NCBI GenBank assembly: GCA_963719035.1
Contig: CAVRAO010000002.1
Span: forward strand, 288,001-352,000
Source: Methanobacteriota archaeon
Lineage (GTDB): Archaea; Halobacteriota; Bog-38; Methanoflorentales; Methanoflorentaceae
DNA: 64,000 nt
Reading direction: 5' to 3'
The notes under the pieces: model-generated
The model's database searches: none
Told to the model about the DNA's origin: nothing
The model's input: the letters and a program-made list of their open reading frames with translations, nothing else
In this document: positions 50,344 to 60,561 of the stretch, one piece after another
How positions within the stretch are numbered: the first letter of the stretch is position 1
Layout: every line of letters starts with the position of its first letter
Program-made: the position numbers and the translations under genes

Positions 50344-51138
50344 TTATTGCTCCTTGCTTGTACTCGTTCCACTCACGTAGCCGACCACTAACGGGACATC
50401 TTGGTTATTATCCTCAAGGTGGGCCCATTTTTCAACGTGTATCGGATGGTCAGAGGTCACTAGAACCAATGTAGGCTTTTGCAGCCCGTAACAAAGCCGC
50501 TCGCAGTTCTTATCGATGGTCCTTGCCGAGAAAGCGATGTCATCCCACGCCTTCGCGTAATGATGTGAACAATTGTCAATTGCCCGTAAATGTATCATAA
50601 GTAGTTTTATTCCTTCTAAACTGAATGCCTTCAATGCTAAATCGGCGATCCGTCTATCGTAGTCAACGATCCCGTTAAGGTTCTCGACGCCAATAGCTAG
50701 ATCTACTCGATTTAGCATCGCCTTAGCGCCGGCTTGTTCTATCACTATTCCAGATTTGATCCCCTTCTCGCTTGCAAGCTCAAGAATCGACTTTATCGGA
50801 GTGTAAAAAGTGTCAGCTGTTTCATAGAGAAGATGGTGTTCTGGCGCATATCCGGTCAAGATAGTACCGATATTTGGCGTGGTAATCCTAGGAGGTAACG
50901 AATGGATCTCAAAAAACAAGCCATCTTCAGCTAGGGCTTGAAGATGCGCTAAAGCACCGTTCAATTTCCTATACAGTGTAGCCCCTATACCGTCTACAAT
51001 AACCAGCAATATTTGATCAAAGCTCTTTTTAGCGCAGAATTCGATAATCTCGTTTATCTCTCTTCCATCTTTTTCGGGTATCTCAAACCCAAACAACGTG
51101 CTGATGGTCGGTGCGATATCCATCTGGGTATATCTCAT
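50344..51138 (-). CDS. Alkaline phosphatase-superfamily metalloenzyme, circularly permuted
   Basis: N-terminal QMDIAPTI..L.G; LVIVDG, ITTP...TILTG, IDNCSH, VTSDH..H. Confidence 0.75.
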   Translation of the reverse strand: MRYTQMDIAPTISTLFGFEIPEKDGREINEIIEFCAKKSFDQILLVIVDGIGATLYRKLNGALAHLQALAEDGLFFEIHSLPPRITTPNIGTILTGYAPEHHLLYETADTFYTPIKSILELASEKGIKSGIVIEQAGAKAMLNRVDLAIGVENLNGIVDYDRRIADLALKAFSLEGIKLLMIHLRAIDNCSHHYAKAWDDIAFSARTIDKNCERLCYGLQKPTLVLVTSDHPIHVEKWAHLEDNNQDVPLVVGYVSGTSTSKEQ

Positions 51139-51202
51139 TTTTTTCACTCTATAACACCACAGCATTAGATTATTTTACAAGGGCGTGACAGACTTGATAT
51201 CT

Positions 51203-52453
51203 TCAAACGCGCTCGACTTCAAGCTCTTTAGCGCGTGCAGCAGCTTGTTTCAACGCATCATACGCTGGAAGCCCTTTGCCAGAGAGATAATTGATTAGTG
51301 CACCTCCGCCTAAACTCATATAAGAAAAACTGGTCTCGTCGATTCCAAGCTCGCGTATGGCCGAGAGCATATGGCCCCCTCCAACAAGTGAGAATGCCCG
51401 AGAAGAGCCGATTGCTTCTAGAAGTGCCTTAGTTCCGGTCGCAAACTCAGGAATCTCATAGACGCCTGCAGGGCCCTTCGTCACCACGGTCTTTGATTTG
51501 CTTATGATCGAACTATAAGCGGTTATCGTGTTTTTGCCTATATCAGCAACGATTCCAGAGCCTGGCAGGTTCTGCACGCTAACCTCAGTCCGCTTTCCTT
51601 CATCGTTATAGGCAAGATCTACGGGGACGCGTATCCAAGCGCCAAACCGGCTGAGCAGGTCCTTGACATCATCAACGTAATCAAGATAGTGTCTTTCTGT
51701 CAGCCAATTGACAGTCTTTTCACCCAGCTGCACCCCCCTAGCCAGCAGAAGCAACTGACCGAGCACCCCGCAGGTAAGCACATCATCAACGACACCCTTC
51801 TCCAAAACATACGTCATTACCTCAAGGATGTCATCAGGCTTGCTACCACCTAAACAATAAACGAGCGGACGCTCCGGGTTAACAAACACTTGCTGATCGA
51901 AACGGAGTTCCCGTTCCATGTTTCTGCCCGCGACAGACGGTAACGTTCGCGTGAAGCCCACGAGCGATGCGTGCGACCGATGAGCAGCTGAAAATGCATC
52001 ATTAACGAACACGTCAGCTAGCGAGCCCAACCTATGCACAAGAATAGTTTTTGCGTGCTCTTCGGGAGTCCGCTCAAGCGTTTCTTCGGCCAAGAATCTA
52101 ACGTTTTGCAGCAAAAGCACATCTCGGGGTTTCATTTCCTTAACACGCTCACGCGCTGCGACGCCTATAGTATCATCAACGTAGTCGAACGCCTCCCCAA
52201 ACGTGCTGCTCAGCACGGCTGCGTGTTGGTCTAGCGGCAGAAAGTCATAATCGCCAACCCTGCCTTGATGAGCAATCAAAACCACTTTTGCTTCACGATC
52301 AACGAGTTCATCAACTGTATTCCTTACCGCCTCAATACGCTTTGATTCAGAGATTCGCAGACTTGCCTGATCGACTGGTACGTTGATATCCACACGAAGA
52401 AGTACGGTCTTACCTTTAAGTTCCACATCGTCAAGAGTCAGAAAATCTAGCAT
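51203..52453 (-). CDS. pgk: Phosphoglycerate kinase
   Basis: LRVDINVP, AHQGR, NVRF, VNDAFSAAHR, GGSK, GPAGVYE, GGGH, SLGGGA. Confidence 0.98.
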   Translation of the reverse strand: MLDFLTLDDVELKGKTVLLRVDINVPVDQASLRISESKRIEAVRNTVDELVDREAKVVLIAHQGRVGDYDFLPLDQHAAVLSSTFGEAFDYVDDTIGVAARERVKEMKPRDVLLLQNVRFLAEETLERTPEEHAKTILVHRLGSLADVFVNDAFSAAHRSHASLVGFTRTLPSVAGRNMERELRFDQQVFVNPERPLVYCLGGSKPDDILEVMTYVLEKGVVDDVLTCGVLGQLLLLARGVQLGEKTVNWLTERHYLDYVDDVKDLLSRFGAWIRVPVDLAYNDEGKRTEVSVQNLPGSGIVADIGKNTITAYSSIISKSKTVVTKGPAGVYEIPEFATGTKALLEAIGSSRAFSLVGGGHMLSAIRELGIDETSFSYMSLGGGALINYLSGKGLPAYDALKQAAARAKELEVERV

Positions 52454-52530
52454 ATTAACGAAAGCCTAGCGCGTTTCGGACAGATGAGTGTTTTGTCGGT
52501 TTAGATTTATTGCGCGTCAAGGTGCGTAAG

Positions 52531-53631
52531 TTACTCGATACCCCACTCCTTGCTGTGAATTTCTCGAAGTTCCTCCGGGTTATCCTGAAGACATTGTGGT
52601 GGCCTAAAGGAACCCATAACTCCCATTGCTTTGTCAGTTTTCCGAATAGATGCTTTGGCGTCTTTTTCAACCTCGGTGACTGCCCTAATGCAATCAATAT
52701 TATCTAAGATTATGTCGGCCTCTTGATGCACACCCTGCATAAAGAACACCTCTTTGTCTACAACGTTAACGCTCTCTTCCCAGATCGCAATCTCCCAGAG
52801 GTCATAGCGCGGTCGCCCCAAATCTCTGCTTAACTCGATAATCTCCGCAGTTGAGCCTAGACCGTCTCCAGCCCGCACCAACATTAACCGCATGCGGCTA
52901 TAAAATGCCTTGAGCACATCCTCGCGAGAGACGTCGTTTTCGACTTCGATCATGATATTATGTTGATGCATAAGTGTGGTCGGGACAAGCACGGCGATCG
53001 TCGCCACGTTCCACTTTGGCATCACGGTATTGACATCTGGACCGTGATGCGAGGGAACGGTCGGCGGATTTGGAATAATGGCGTTAATCGGTCCTTTCTT
53101 GATTTGAACCGGGTCTCCGCCCCTTCGCACTAGTACTGCTCGAGCCTTCTTAATGCCAGCCACGCTATCAACAGCGGATAGTGAGCGACATAGTCCGGTC
53201 GTGTTACAGGACACTACCCGAACATAATCCTTACCTATAGTGTCTTGATAGTTGCAGTAAGCGTTGAATGATGCCCCTATGGCGTCGTGTTTCTCTCCAC
53301 CTTCAAATATGGCCTTGATCCCGAGCTTCTTGTAGATCGATTCAAGATTCTGCGCACCCATCCCTTCAGGCGTGGCATCAACCACAACGTCGGCTTCGCC
53401 CAGCATATCCATAGTCGTACCGGCTACTTCCAAGCCTGCGGCATCAAAAGCTGCTATCTTGTCCTCTTCAGATGCATAAAGGCGGTAGCCCTTCTGATTA
53501 GCGACAAAGGCTTCAAAATTTGGCCGCGTTTTTGCTACCCCTACTAATTCCATGTCGTCCTGCTTAGCTACCGCATCTGCAACCCGCTTACCAATGTTTC
53601 CATAACCATTAATTGCTACTTTTACGGCCAT
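52531..53631 (-). CDS. gap: Type II (archaeal) glyceraldehyde-3-phosphate dehydrogenase
   Basis: [39 protein letters not shown]. Confidence 0.98.
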   Translation of the reverse strand: MAVKVAINGYGNIGKRVADAVAKQDDMELVGVAKTRPNFEAFVANQKGYRLYASEEDKIAAFDAAGLEVAGTTMDMLGEADVVVDATPEGMGAQNLESIYKKLGIKAIFEGGEKHDAIGASFNAYCNYQDTIGKDYVRVVSCNTTGLCRSLSAVDSVAGIKKARAVLVRRGGDPVQIKKGPINAIIPNPPTVPSHHGPDVNTVMPKWNVATIAVLVPTTLMHQHNIMIEVENDVSREDVLKAFYSRMRLMLVRAGDGLGSTAEIIELSRDLGRPRYDLWEIAIWEESVNVVDKEVFFMQGVHQEADIILDNIDCIRAVTEVEKDAKASIRKTDKAMGVMGSFRPPQCLQDNPEELREIHSKEWGIE

Positions 53632-53780
53632 TTACACCCCTCGTTCCAGTTTTCTTCGCCGAGACCGGTTTAGTGCCGATCTTAAAGCATGAAATCCACT
53701 CATCAAGTAATAAGTTTTGGGTTTCCTCTTGCAATCGTCGTTGCTTTGCGTTAGCAACTGCTATCGCCATACACTAACTT

Positions 53781-54926
53781 TCAATCGAACTGTATTAGCC
53801 TCGTCTGCGATAGATGCTTTTTCAAAAAAAGGGTGTTTGTTGGTACTTTGATGCGCGTTCGCACACTCCTAAGGGCGTCAGTCGGGCTTTCAAATATCAG
53901 TGGTTGCCGAGAGAACGCGTCCCTAACGAGCTCTCGAATAACCCAGCTCCCAAGAGGGATATCGTACGTCGGTTTTACTTCGCGTACAACGTAAATAGAC
54001 GCCTGCCTTCTAACTCGTTCCAGAAACTCGAGCGCTGAAAATCGCGCTGCATAGTAGCCGCCATCCATATAGGCTGGCTTATTCATCGCATCTTCGTACA
54101 AATCGCCTATCTCGACCTTGCCCCCCTGCGATACCCACATTTCCGTCCATCCGAAAGCATAGGCTCGAGGGATGAGGAGTATCTCGAAGTGGTTTCCAAA
54201 CGCTTCCGAGACAAAGAGCTGAACATCTGCGTTCTCTGGATAGTTCCGCACCCGCTTAAGCAGATTGTCGCCTAGCATGGAGTCAGTTGCAGTGATCGAC
54301 CAACGCGTCGGGACAATCAAGCGTTTCTTGCCCAATATGCCGACCGACAGAAGCCGACTAATTTGATACGAAGATATCGAAGCTTCGTACAAAACAACTG
54401 CTGCATCTGTTGCTTTGATGTCCCGATCATCGGCAAGCGAGTCTACTTTCTTGGGGACTTGTGGGTTCTCAACTATCTCTATGTCGGTCACGGTTCCGGA
54501 CGGGCCCATAGGCGTAAGGATGCCGTCAAACTGAAGAGTTCGTCTTGGCGGCTTTAAGAACTTCACCTCAACGTCGACAGGAAGCGCAGCCATTGCAAGC
54601 TCCTGCGTCTCCTTGAGTAGTCGGCCCGGATCGCGAGCGTCTTTAACGTTCAACTTAAAATTAGACCGAACTAGGTTTGATCTAAACCCAATTATTTCTT
54701 CCCTGCTCAAATGAAGCCATTTATCTGGCGTGTCACTAAGTGAGGCCTCTTCACGCACGGGGGAGACCAACGGTCCCGCAAGGACCTCAGGGTAGCCGAA
54801 TCTTCCAACAAACGCCGAAGGTGGCGTCGGACCAAATAGATCCTTGTCTAATGTACCAAGCTTAAAGGAGTTTAAGAGGAGCTCCTTCCGGCTTAAGTCT
54901 CCCGATGCAGCCCTCACAGTAAACAT
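53781..54926 (-). CDS. nreA: Nre family DNA repair protein with C-terminal PIP box
   Basis: PPSAFVGRFGYP.V, VPTRWSITATD, GGYYA.R, P.G.W.IRE; C-terminal QTRL.QF. Confidence 0.88.
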   Translation of the reverse strand: MFTVRAASGDLSRKELLLNSFKLGTLDKDLFGPTPPSAFVGRFGYPEVLAGPLVSPVREEASLSDTPDKWLHLSREEIIGFRSNLVRSNFKLNVKDARDPGRLLKETQELAMAALPVDVEVKFLKPPRRTLQFDGILTPMGPSGTVTDIEIVENPQVPKKVDSLADDRDIKATDAAVVLYEASISSYQISRLLSVGILGKKRLIVPTRWSITATDSMLGDNLLKRVRNYPENADVQLFVSEAFGNHFEILLIPRAYAFGWTEMWVSQGGKVEIGDLYEDAMNKPAYMDGGYYAARFSALEFLERVRRQASIYVVREVKPTYDIPLGSWVIRELVRDAFSRQPLIFESPTDALRSVRTRIKVPTNTLFLKKHLSQTRLIQFD

Positions 54927-54992
54927 GTTTGTCCCTGAAGATTTATATACAAAGGGTTGCGAAGCGCGCTATATCAAACAAAACGACCCTAG

Positions 54993-55756
54993 GTGAAGCA
55001 CATATTGATTTCAGAAGAGCATCCGCGCTATAAGTCACTCGCGCTGCGCAATAAGCTGGTGGACGGCTATGAAAAAGGTATCACGAGTGCTCACGGTCTC
55101 ATTGCGCACGGAAGAGGAGAAGCGTTCGATTACTTATTAGGGGAACAAACGAGCGAGAATGCGCTGAGCGCCACTAACGTTGCGTGTGCCTATTTGCTCA
55201 CTGCACGCTACCCGATTCTGTCAGTAAATGGGAACACCGCTGCACTTGCGTCAGAAGAAATAGCAGAGTTTTGCGCGATAACTGATATTCCTGTCGAGGT
55301 TAATCTGTTTCATCGATCTGAAGAGCGCATAAAGATAATCGCAGATCACTTACGCGCGTGTGACGTAGCTAACGTCCTAACCGGCTTTGACTTCATCAAG
55401 CTCGACCATATAGCCAGCAACAGAGCAAAAGTTGACAGAGCAAGGCATATTCAAAGCAGACGTGGTGTTCGCCCCCTTAGAAGACGGCGATAGGGCTCAA
55501 GCGTTGAGCTCAGCTCGGGAAAGTCGTTCTAACTGTAGACCTAAACCCGCTTTCTCGGACGGCAGTGACAAGTACTGTAACAATCGTTGACGAAGTCACG
55601 CGTGCGATGAAAAATTTGATTGGTTTGGCGAAGCACTTTAAAGGTGAAAATGAGCAAGCTAGACTTGACACGCTCAAAGCGAGTTTTGACAACGTTCAGA
55701 ATTTGAAAGCGTCGTACGTTGTCATGCAGAAGCGGCTTCAGTCTCTGGCGCAGTGA
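54993..55756 (+). CDS. Phosphopantothenate synthetase (COG1701), two frameshifts at ~55440 and ~55510
   Basis: HPRY.SL, GLIAHGRGEAFDYLLGE, SVNGN, EVNLF; shifted frames give GIFKADVV..PLEDGDR and DLNPLSRT...TIVD. Confidence 0.9.
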
Positions 55757-55764
55757 TCAGATGA

Positions 55765-56217
55765 TCAGGTGCCGTTTAGTAAGTCTACGTCGTATTCAAG
55801 GTTGCTAGGGACTTTGACCGTGAAAACGTAGAGCTTATAACCGTGGTTCCTCGCAATCGCGATAGCCTCTTTTGAGACTTCTGATCGTTCAGTTTCTACT
55901 TTGGCTAAAACAAGCTCGTTGTTCGCTTGGACTACAAAATTGTAGAGCTTCTTGTCACTCAAGCCATTCAAAAAATCTACAAGTTTCTTCAATTCCTTCC
56001 ACGTTCGTGCGATGTATGCATCTTTCTCAACCGAGTTAGAGACGTACCAGTCGCGACTCATGTGAGGATACGCTTTGTACTGCTCGTCGACATCGTGGTA
56101 CGCTTTGAATATCCGCCTCGGATCACTTACAGTGATATACTTAAAGCCGCTCTTCTTGAAATAGCGACTAACTACAATTTCACCTATCGCATTGAGGTCT
56201 TCTTGTTCAAGTCGCAT
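55765..56217 (-). CDS. Hypothetical protein (possible degenerate PD-(D/E)XK fold)
   Basis: 150-aa ORF with AAGGAG SD; IGE....YF...GF, NFVV, LAKVE pattern. Confidence 0.65.
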   Translation of the reverse strand: MRLEQEDLNAIGEIVVSRYFKKSGFKYITVSDPRRIFKAYHDVDEQYKAYPHMSRDWYVSNSVEKDAYIARTWKELKKLVDFLNGLSDKKLYNFVVQANNELVLAKVETERSEVSKEAIAIARNHGYKLYVFTVKVPSNLEYDVDLLNGT

Positions 56218-56335
56218 ACGAAAACTCCTTTAATCCACCTTACATAATAGCGTTTGCTGTATGATATTCCTTTTCAACTCCATTAAAACATAGAATAGGT
56301 AGAAATAAATATTATCATTTCTCGACGGATGATCG

Positions 56336-57022
56336 ATGACTGATCCTGAAAAGATCAAATGTACAGTGACGAACTGGAACTATATCTACGACCTATGCCG
56401 CGATCTGTCAGCGAGTGTAGTCGAGTCGGGATACGAGCCGGATGTCATAGTGGCGTTAGCGCGTGGAGGATGGTTTGCGGGCCGTATGATGTGCGACTTT
56501 CTCGGTATTTCCGACTTGATCAGCCTGAAGGTTGAGCACTACGTAGGAACCGCTCGCCTAGCGGATGAGTGTCGAGTACGATACCCCATCGCAGAAGAAA
56601 TGGTCAAAGGTAAGCGAGTGCTTATCGTAGATGACATCGCGGACACAGGAAAAAGTCTTCAGCACTCTTTAGATTACGTAAGAGAGTTCAAACCGACTGA
56701 CTGCAAAACAGGCGTTTTACAACTGCTCTTCACTTCCGAAATTACGCCCGACTATTACGCGGAGTTTCTCGAAGATTGGATGTGGGTGGTGTACCCGTGG
56801 AATTTTATCGAGGATATGATCGACTTAATAGTGAAACTGATGGCTAAAGAGAGAAGAGATATGTGGAACGAAAAGTCAATCAAGGCTGGATTAAACCATT
56901 CGTTCTCGATCGATCCTATCCACTTAGACATCGCTCAGCCCGGACGCCTCCCGGAGATCTTAAACGAGATGCAAAGGAGAAAGCTTCTAGAACGGAAAGA
57001 GGGCGGTTGGACGATGAAATGA
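56336..57022 (+). CDS. Type I phosphoribosyltransferase (purine salvage-like)
   Basis: ALARGG, VEHY, VLIVDDIADTGKS, W.VYPW. Confidence 0.92.
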   Translation: MTDPEKIKCTVTNWNYIYDLCRDLSASVVESGYEPDVIVALARGGWFAGRMMCDFLGISDLISLKVEHYVGTARLADECRVRYPIAEEMVKGKRVLIVDDIADTGKSLQHSLDYVREFKPTDCKTGVLQLLFTSEITPDYYAEFLEDWMWVVYPWNFIEDMIDLIVKLMAKERRDMWNEKSIKAGLNHSFSIDPIHLDIAQPGRLPEILNEMQRRKLLERKEGGWTMK

Positions 57023-57873
57023 ACGCAGATGTTGCATTCATCGGTGGCTCTGGTTTCTATAACCCCGATATCCTTGAAGACCCAACGACGGTTGCAGTAA
57101 AAACACCGTTTGGCCCCCCCTCAAGCGACATAGTCCTCGGTCGGATCGACGGGACAGCTTGTGCTTTTCTAGCAAGACATGGGGAGGAGCACCGTTTTTC
57201 GCCAAGCCGCGTAAATTATCGTGCAAATATTTACGCACTAAAAACTTTGGGTGCCGTAAACGTTGTCGCAATTTCAGCAGTTGGCAGCCTCAAAGAAGAA
57301 ATCAAGCCCCTCTCAATCGTGATTCCCGATCAAATCTTTGATCGAACTAAGCTTCGTTCTAATACTTTCTTTGACGATATTTGCGTTCATGTAGGCATAG
57401 CCGACCCCTTTTGTGGGGGCCTGTCGCACGTGTTGTGGCAGGCAGTGCAACGGGTTGGGGGTTCCGTCAAAAAAGGCGGAACATACGTTTGCATAGAAGG
57501 CCCTCAGTTTTCGACACGGGCAGAATCAAACGCCTACCGACATATGGGCTTCGATATAATAGGAATGACTGCAATGCCGGAGGCCAAACTCGCAAGAGAG
57601 GCCGAAATGTGCTTTAGCATGTTAGGCACTGTAACAGATTACGACGTTTGGCGTGAAGACGAGGTCACTATTGAAACTGTGATAAGCAACGTTGAGAAAA
57701 ACTCAGTGAGCACGCAGAAAATAATCCGAGAAGTAGTGGCCTACCTCCCCCCAAAAGACGACACATGCGCTTGCAGACATGCACTTAAAGATGCCTTTGT
57801 GACTAACCTAGAGATTGTTTCAGACGAAACGCTTGAAAAGCTTCGTCCACTTGTGGGCAAGTACCTCAGGTGA
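57019..57873 (+). CDS. mtnP: S-methyl-5'-thioadenosine phosphorylase
   Basis: IGGSG, TPFG.PS, RHG, NYRANI.ALK, EGPQFSTRAES, IGMT..PEAKLARE, TDYD; ATG overlaps the upstream stop. Confidence 0.95.
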   Translation: MNADVAFIGGSGFYNPDILEDPTTVAVKTPFGPPSSDIVLGRIDGTACAFLARHGEEHRFSPSRVNYRANIYALKTLGAVNVVAISAVGSLKEEIKPLSIVIPDQIFDRTKLRSNTFFDDICVHVGIADPFCGGLSHVLWQAVQRVGGSVKKGGTYVCIEGPQFSTRAESNAYRHMGFDIIGMTAMPEAKLAREAEMCFSMLGTVTDYDVWREDEVTIETVISNVEKNSVSTQKIIREVVAYLPPKDDTCACRHALKDAFVTNLEIVSDETLEKLRPLVGKYLR

Positions 57874-57875
57874 TC

Positions 57876-58562
57876 TTACCGTCTGAGTCGGTGTTCTATC
57901 CTGCTCAATATGCCTCTTAACGTCCTGACTTCTGCTGCACTTAGTTCTGATCTGCTAAAGATGCGTTTCAGGGTCATATTTACGCGCTGACGCTTGTGCG
58001 TCGGAAAGTCGATCAGTTCGAGCACGTCGCTTACATGTTGCATCAATCGATCGAGGTCAGCATGCAATACAACCTCTCGTTTTGGACTGGCACTGGCCGT
58101 GCTGGCGATGCTATGCAATACAATAGCCGCTGCATGCGAAATATTCATCACCGGATATTCAGGGCTCGTTTCAACATTGACGATCATATCACATTCCTGT
58201 AACACTGCGTTTGGAAGTCCTTGATCTTCAGCGCCAAACAGTATCGAAGCGATGCCGTGCATTTCCGAGAGTTTGACGCCAAGTCTAGCAAGCGGGTACG
58301 GTGTTCTGAGGTTTGCTCTGGATCCAACAATTCCTGTGGTCCCTATCACTAAGTGTGAGGAGGACAAAACATCTTCAAGTATCGTTAGCCGCGCAGAATC
58401 GAGCACATCCTGCGCGTGAGAAGCCATTGCTTTAGCGAAGGGCCCCAGTATGCACGGCTGTATTAGTGCGAGTTTAGAGTAACCAAAATTCTTCATCACA
58501 CGAGCTACCGCACCCACGTTACCCTGATAAAGGGGATTTACAAGAACAACTTCAATATCCAT
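57876..58562 (-). CDS. trmJ: SPOUT tRNA 2'-O-methyltransferase TrmJ family
   Basis: P...GNVG..AR.MKNFG, FG.ED.GL.N, YPVMNISHA. Confidence 0.88.
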   Translation of the reverse strand: MDIEVVLVNPLYQGNVGAVARVMKNFGYSKLALIQPCILGPFAKAMASHAQDVLDSARLTILEDVLSSSHLVIGTTGIVGSRANLRTPYPLARLGVKLSEMHGIASILFGAEDQGLPNAVLQECDMIVNVETSPEYPVMNISHAAAIVLHSIASTASASPKREVVLHADLDRLMQHVSDVLELIDFPTHKRQRVNMTLKRIFSRSELSAAEVRTLRGILSRIEHRLRR

Positions 58563-58672
58563 TGTAGCTCTTGATCAGCGACTACACCAACAATAGAACT
58601 CATTTTTTATTGAGGAAAAACGCTCAGCCTGCGTGAGACACTTAGTTTCGTGTGCAGAAATCATTCAAGCTG

Positions 58673-58991
58673 CTAATCATATTCGCGCCACGTGTAACCA
58701 CACGCAATACATCGAAAGAATCGGTACTTCGCTCTCGTCTGCAGAACGCAGTTGTCTAAGCCACCAATAAGCTTTATCGTTACCGCATTCTGCGCAATGC
58801 GCTTTAATAGTAGGTTTCCCCTCGTCCGACTCACTCTCTATTACCAACATCTGTCGCGCGTTCCGAGAGATTTCGTGAACGTGCTTTTTCTTGACCAACT
58901 GATCCTTCGCTTTTTCAAAACCACACGCTCGACACGTCAGGAGACCCTCTTCGGGAACCATAATGCTCTTGCATTTAGGACAGAATTCCAT
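58673..58991 (-). CDS. tfs: Transcription factor S (TFS/RpoM); one extra base at ~58722
   Basis: MEFCPKC, C..CG, QLRSADE; corrected end RFFRCIACGYTWREYD*. Confidence 0.92.
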
Positions 58992-59206
58992 TCTTTCTCA
59001 CAGCTTCCGATCAAGCATCAAGCACTTATAAGAGAGAGCTTTGTTTTTCGTACCTTAAATACCTAGGGCGCCTATGAAACCTCGCTAATCTAAACTTCCA
59101 GCTAACGATGGAGAAGTCAAAAACGACGAGTCAAAATGGTTATATGCCAGTTTCATTATAAGGCGTTGTTAGTTAGTTTGGCGGCTTCCAACCCATTGGT
59201 GGATTA

Positions 59207-59977
59207 ATGCAGGTTTTATTGTGGATTGCACTTGGCCTTTTCGTTATTGCAACGCTCGCACCTCGTAAGTACGCATATCCGATCGGAGCTATCGGTTGGA
59301 TTTTTTTCGCCTTCCATTGGGCATATCAACCCGTGTATTACCTCGCAATCGACGATTATTTCAACGTCATAGCAACCATCCTTGTTGCGGTTTTTTGTGG
59401 CTACATTGCCTTTATAATGTGGAAGAAAGCTGATGATCTTACGCTTCTCATGACTAGAGCCGCGGCCCTGGGAGGTGTACTCTACTTCTCGTTTGCAGAA
59501 TTGGCCACTCTTAATCACGTTTTAATTGGTGCCGTCGCGTCACAGACTGCTTTGATATTAAATTTCGTCGGCGTGCCTGTAATTCAGGCTGATTGGAACG
59601 TTCTAACGCTAAACAACTACCCCGTCCAAATCATTTTAGGGTGTACTGGAATCGAAAGTATCGCTCTGTTCATTGGGGTCATTTCGTGCGTGCTTGCCCC
59701 CCCACGCAGAAAATTAGCGGCATTTATGGTCTCCGTTCCAACGATCTACATCTTAAATATTCTGCGTAATGCATTTGTTCTGACAGCCACTGGCAACCAA
59801 TGGTTTGGTTTGCCTGAAAACAGCTTCTACATTTCTCACAATATTATCGCGAAATTTGGATCGATTGGTGCCCTCATATTAATCTCGTACGCCGTATTTA
59901 AGCTGCTCCCAGAACTCCTCGAAATGGTAGTCGGTGTATTTAACTTGCTTAAGGGAGGCGTTATGCGTGCTGGCTAA
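59207..59977 (+). CDS. artA: Archaeosortase A
   Basis: Multi-TM protein with IILGCTGIES (Cys), LNILRN (Arg), SHNIIAK. Confidence 0.9.
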   Translation: MQVLLWIALGLFVIATLAPRKYAYPIGAIGWIFFAFHWAYQPVYYLAIDDYFNVIATILVAVFCGYIAFIMWKKADDLTLLMTRAAALGGVLYFSFAELATLNHVLIGAVASQTALILNFVGVPVIQADWNVLTLNNYPVQIILGCTGIESIALFIGVISCVLAPPRRKLAAFMVSVPTIYILNILRNAFVLTATGNQWFGLPENSFYISHNIIAKFGSIGALILISYAVFKLLPELLEMVVGVFNLLKGGVMRAG

Positions 59978-60554
59978 AGGATCTGAGTACTGGATTCTTG
60001 GCTCTTTCGCACTAACGGCGTTTATCGCTTTTTTCACGCCATATATGTACGTCGGGATTCTGATTATCCTCTTCACCCTTCTTTTTTTCAGAGATCCTGA
60101 GCGTTCCTCAAAGAGCTACGACTCCACTGATGTCGTGAGCCCCGCAGATGGACGGGTACTCAAGATACAGGATAAAAAACTCAGTATTTTTATGAACATT
60201 CATAATGTTCACGTCAATAGATCGCCAGTCGACGGCGAAGTTGTAGATGTTCAGTACCATAAAGGGGGCAGATTTCCTGCTTTTTACAAGGATTCGGATA
60301 GAAACGAGCGAAATATGGTTACTATTCACACCCGGATTGGGAATGTCATCGTTACGCAAATCTCCGGTGCAGTTGTCCGAAGAATCGTATGCTATGTTAA
60401 GCAAAATGAAAGTGTGGCACGAGGTCAACGGATAGGTATGATCCGATTTGGCTCACGGGTCGACGTTGTACTACCTCGCAATTATTCGTTTATCGTTTCA
60501 CCCGGGCAAAAGGTAAAAGCAGGAGAGACAACGATAGCTAAATTGCTCAAATGA
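59967..60554 (+). CDS. psd: Archaetidylserine/phosphatidylserine decarboxylase
   Basis: FFRDPER, SPADG, IFM...NVHVNR.P, NERN, G.IRFGSRVD (pyruvoyl GS site). Confidence 0.95.
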   Translation: MLAKGSEYWILGSFALTAFIAFFTPYMYVGILIILFTLLFFRDPERSSKSYDSTDVVSPADGRVLKIQDKKLSIFMNIHNVHVNRSPVDGEVVDVQYHKGGRFPAFYKDSDRNERNMVTIHTRIGNVIVTQISGAVVRRIVCYVKQNESVARGQRIGMIRFGSRVDVVLPRNYSFIVSPGQKVKAGETTIAKLLK

Positions 60555-60561
60555 TTGAGCG

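Noticed and set aside
58620-58670. Possible box C/D sRNA between trmJ and tfs
   Set aside because: Box C match is poor (ATGATTT) and no guide complementarity could be established
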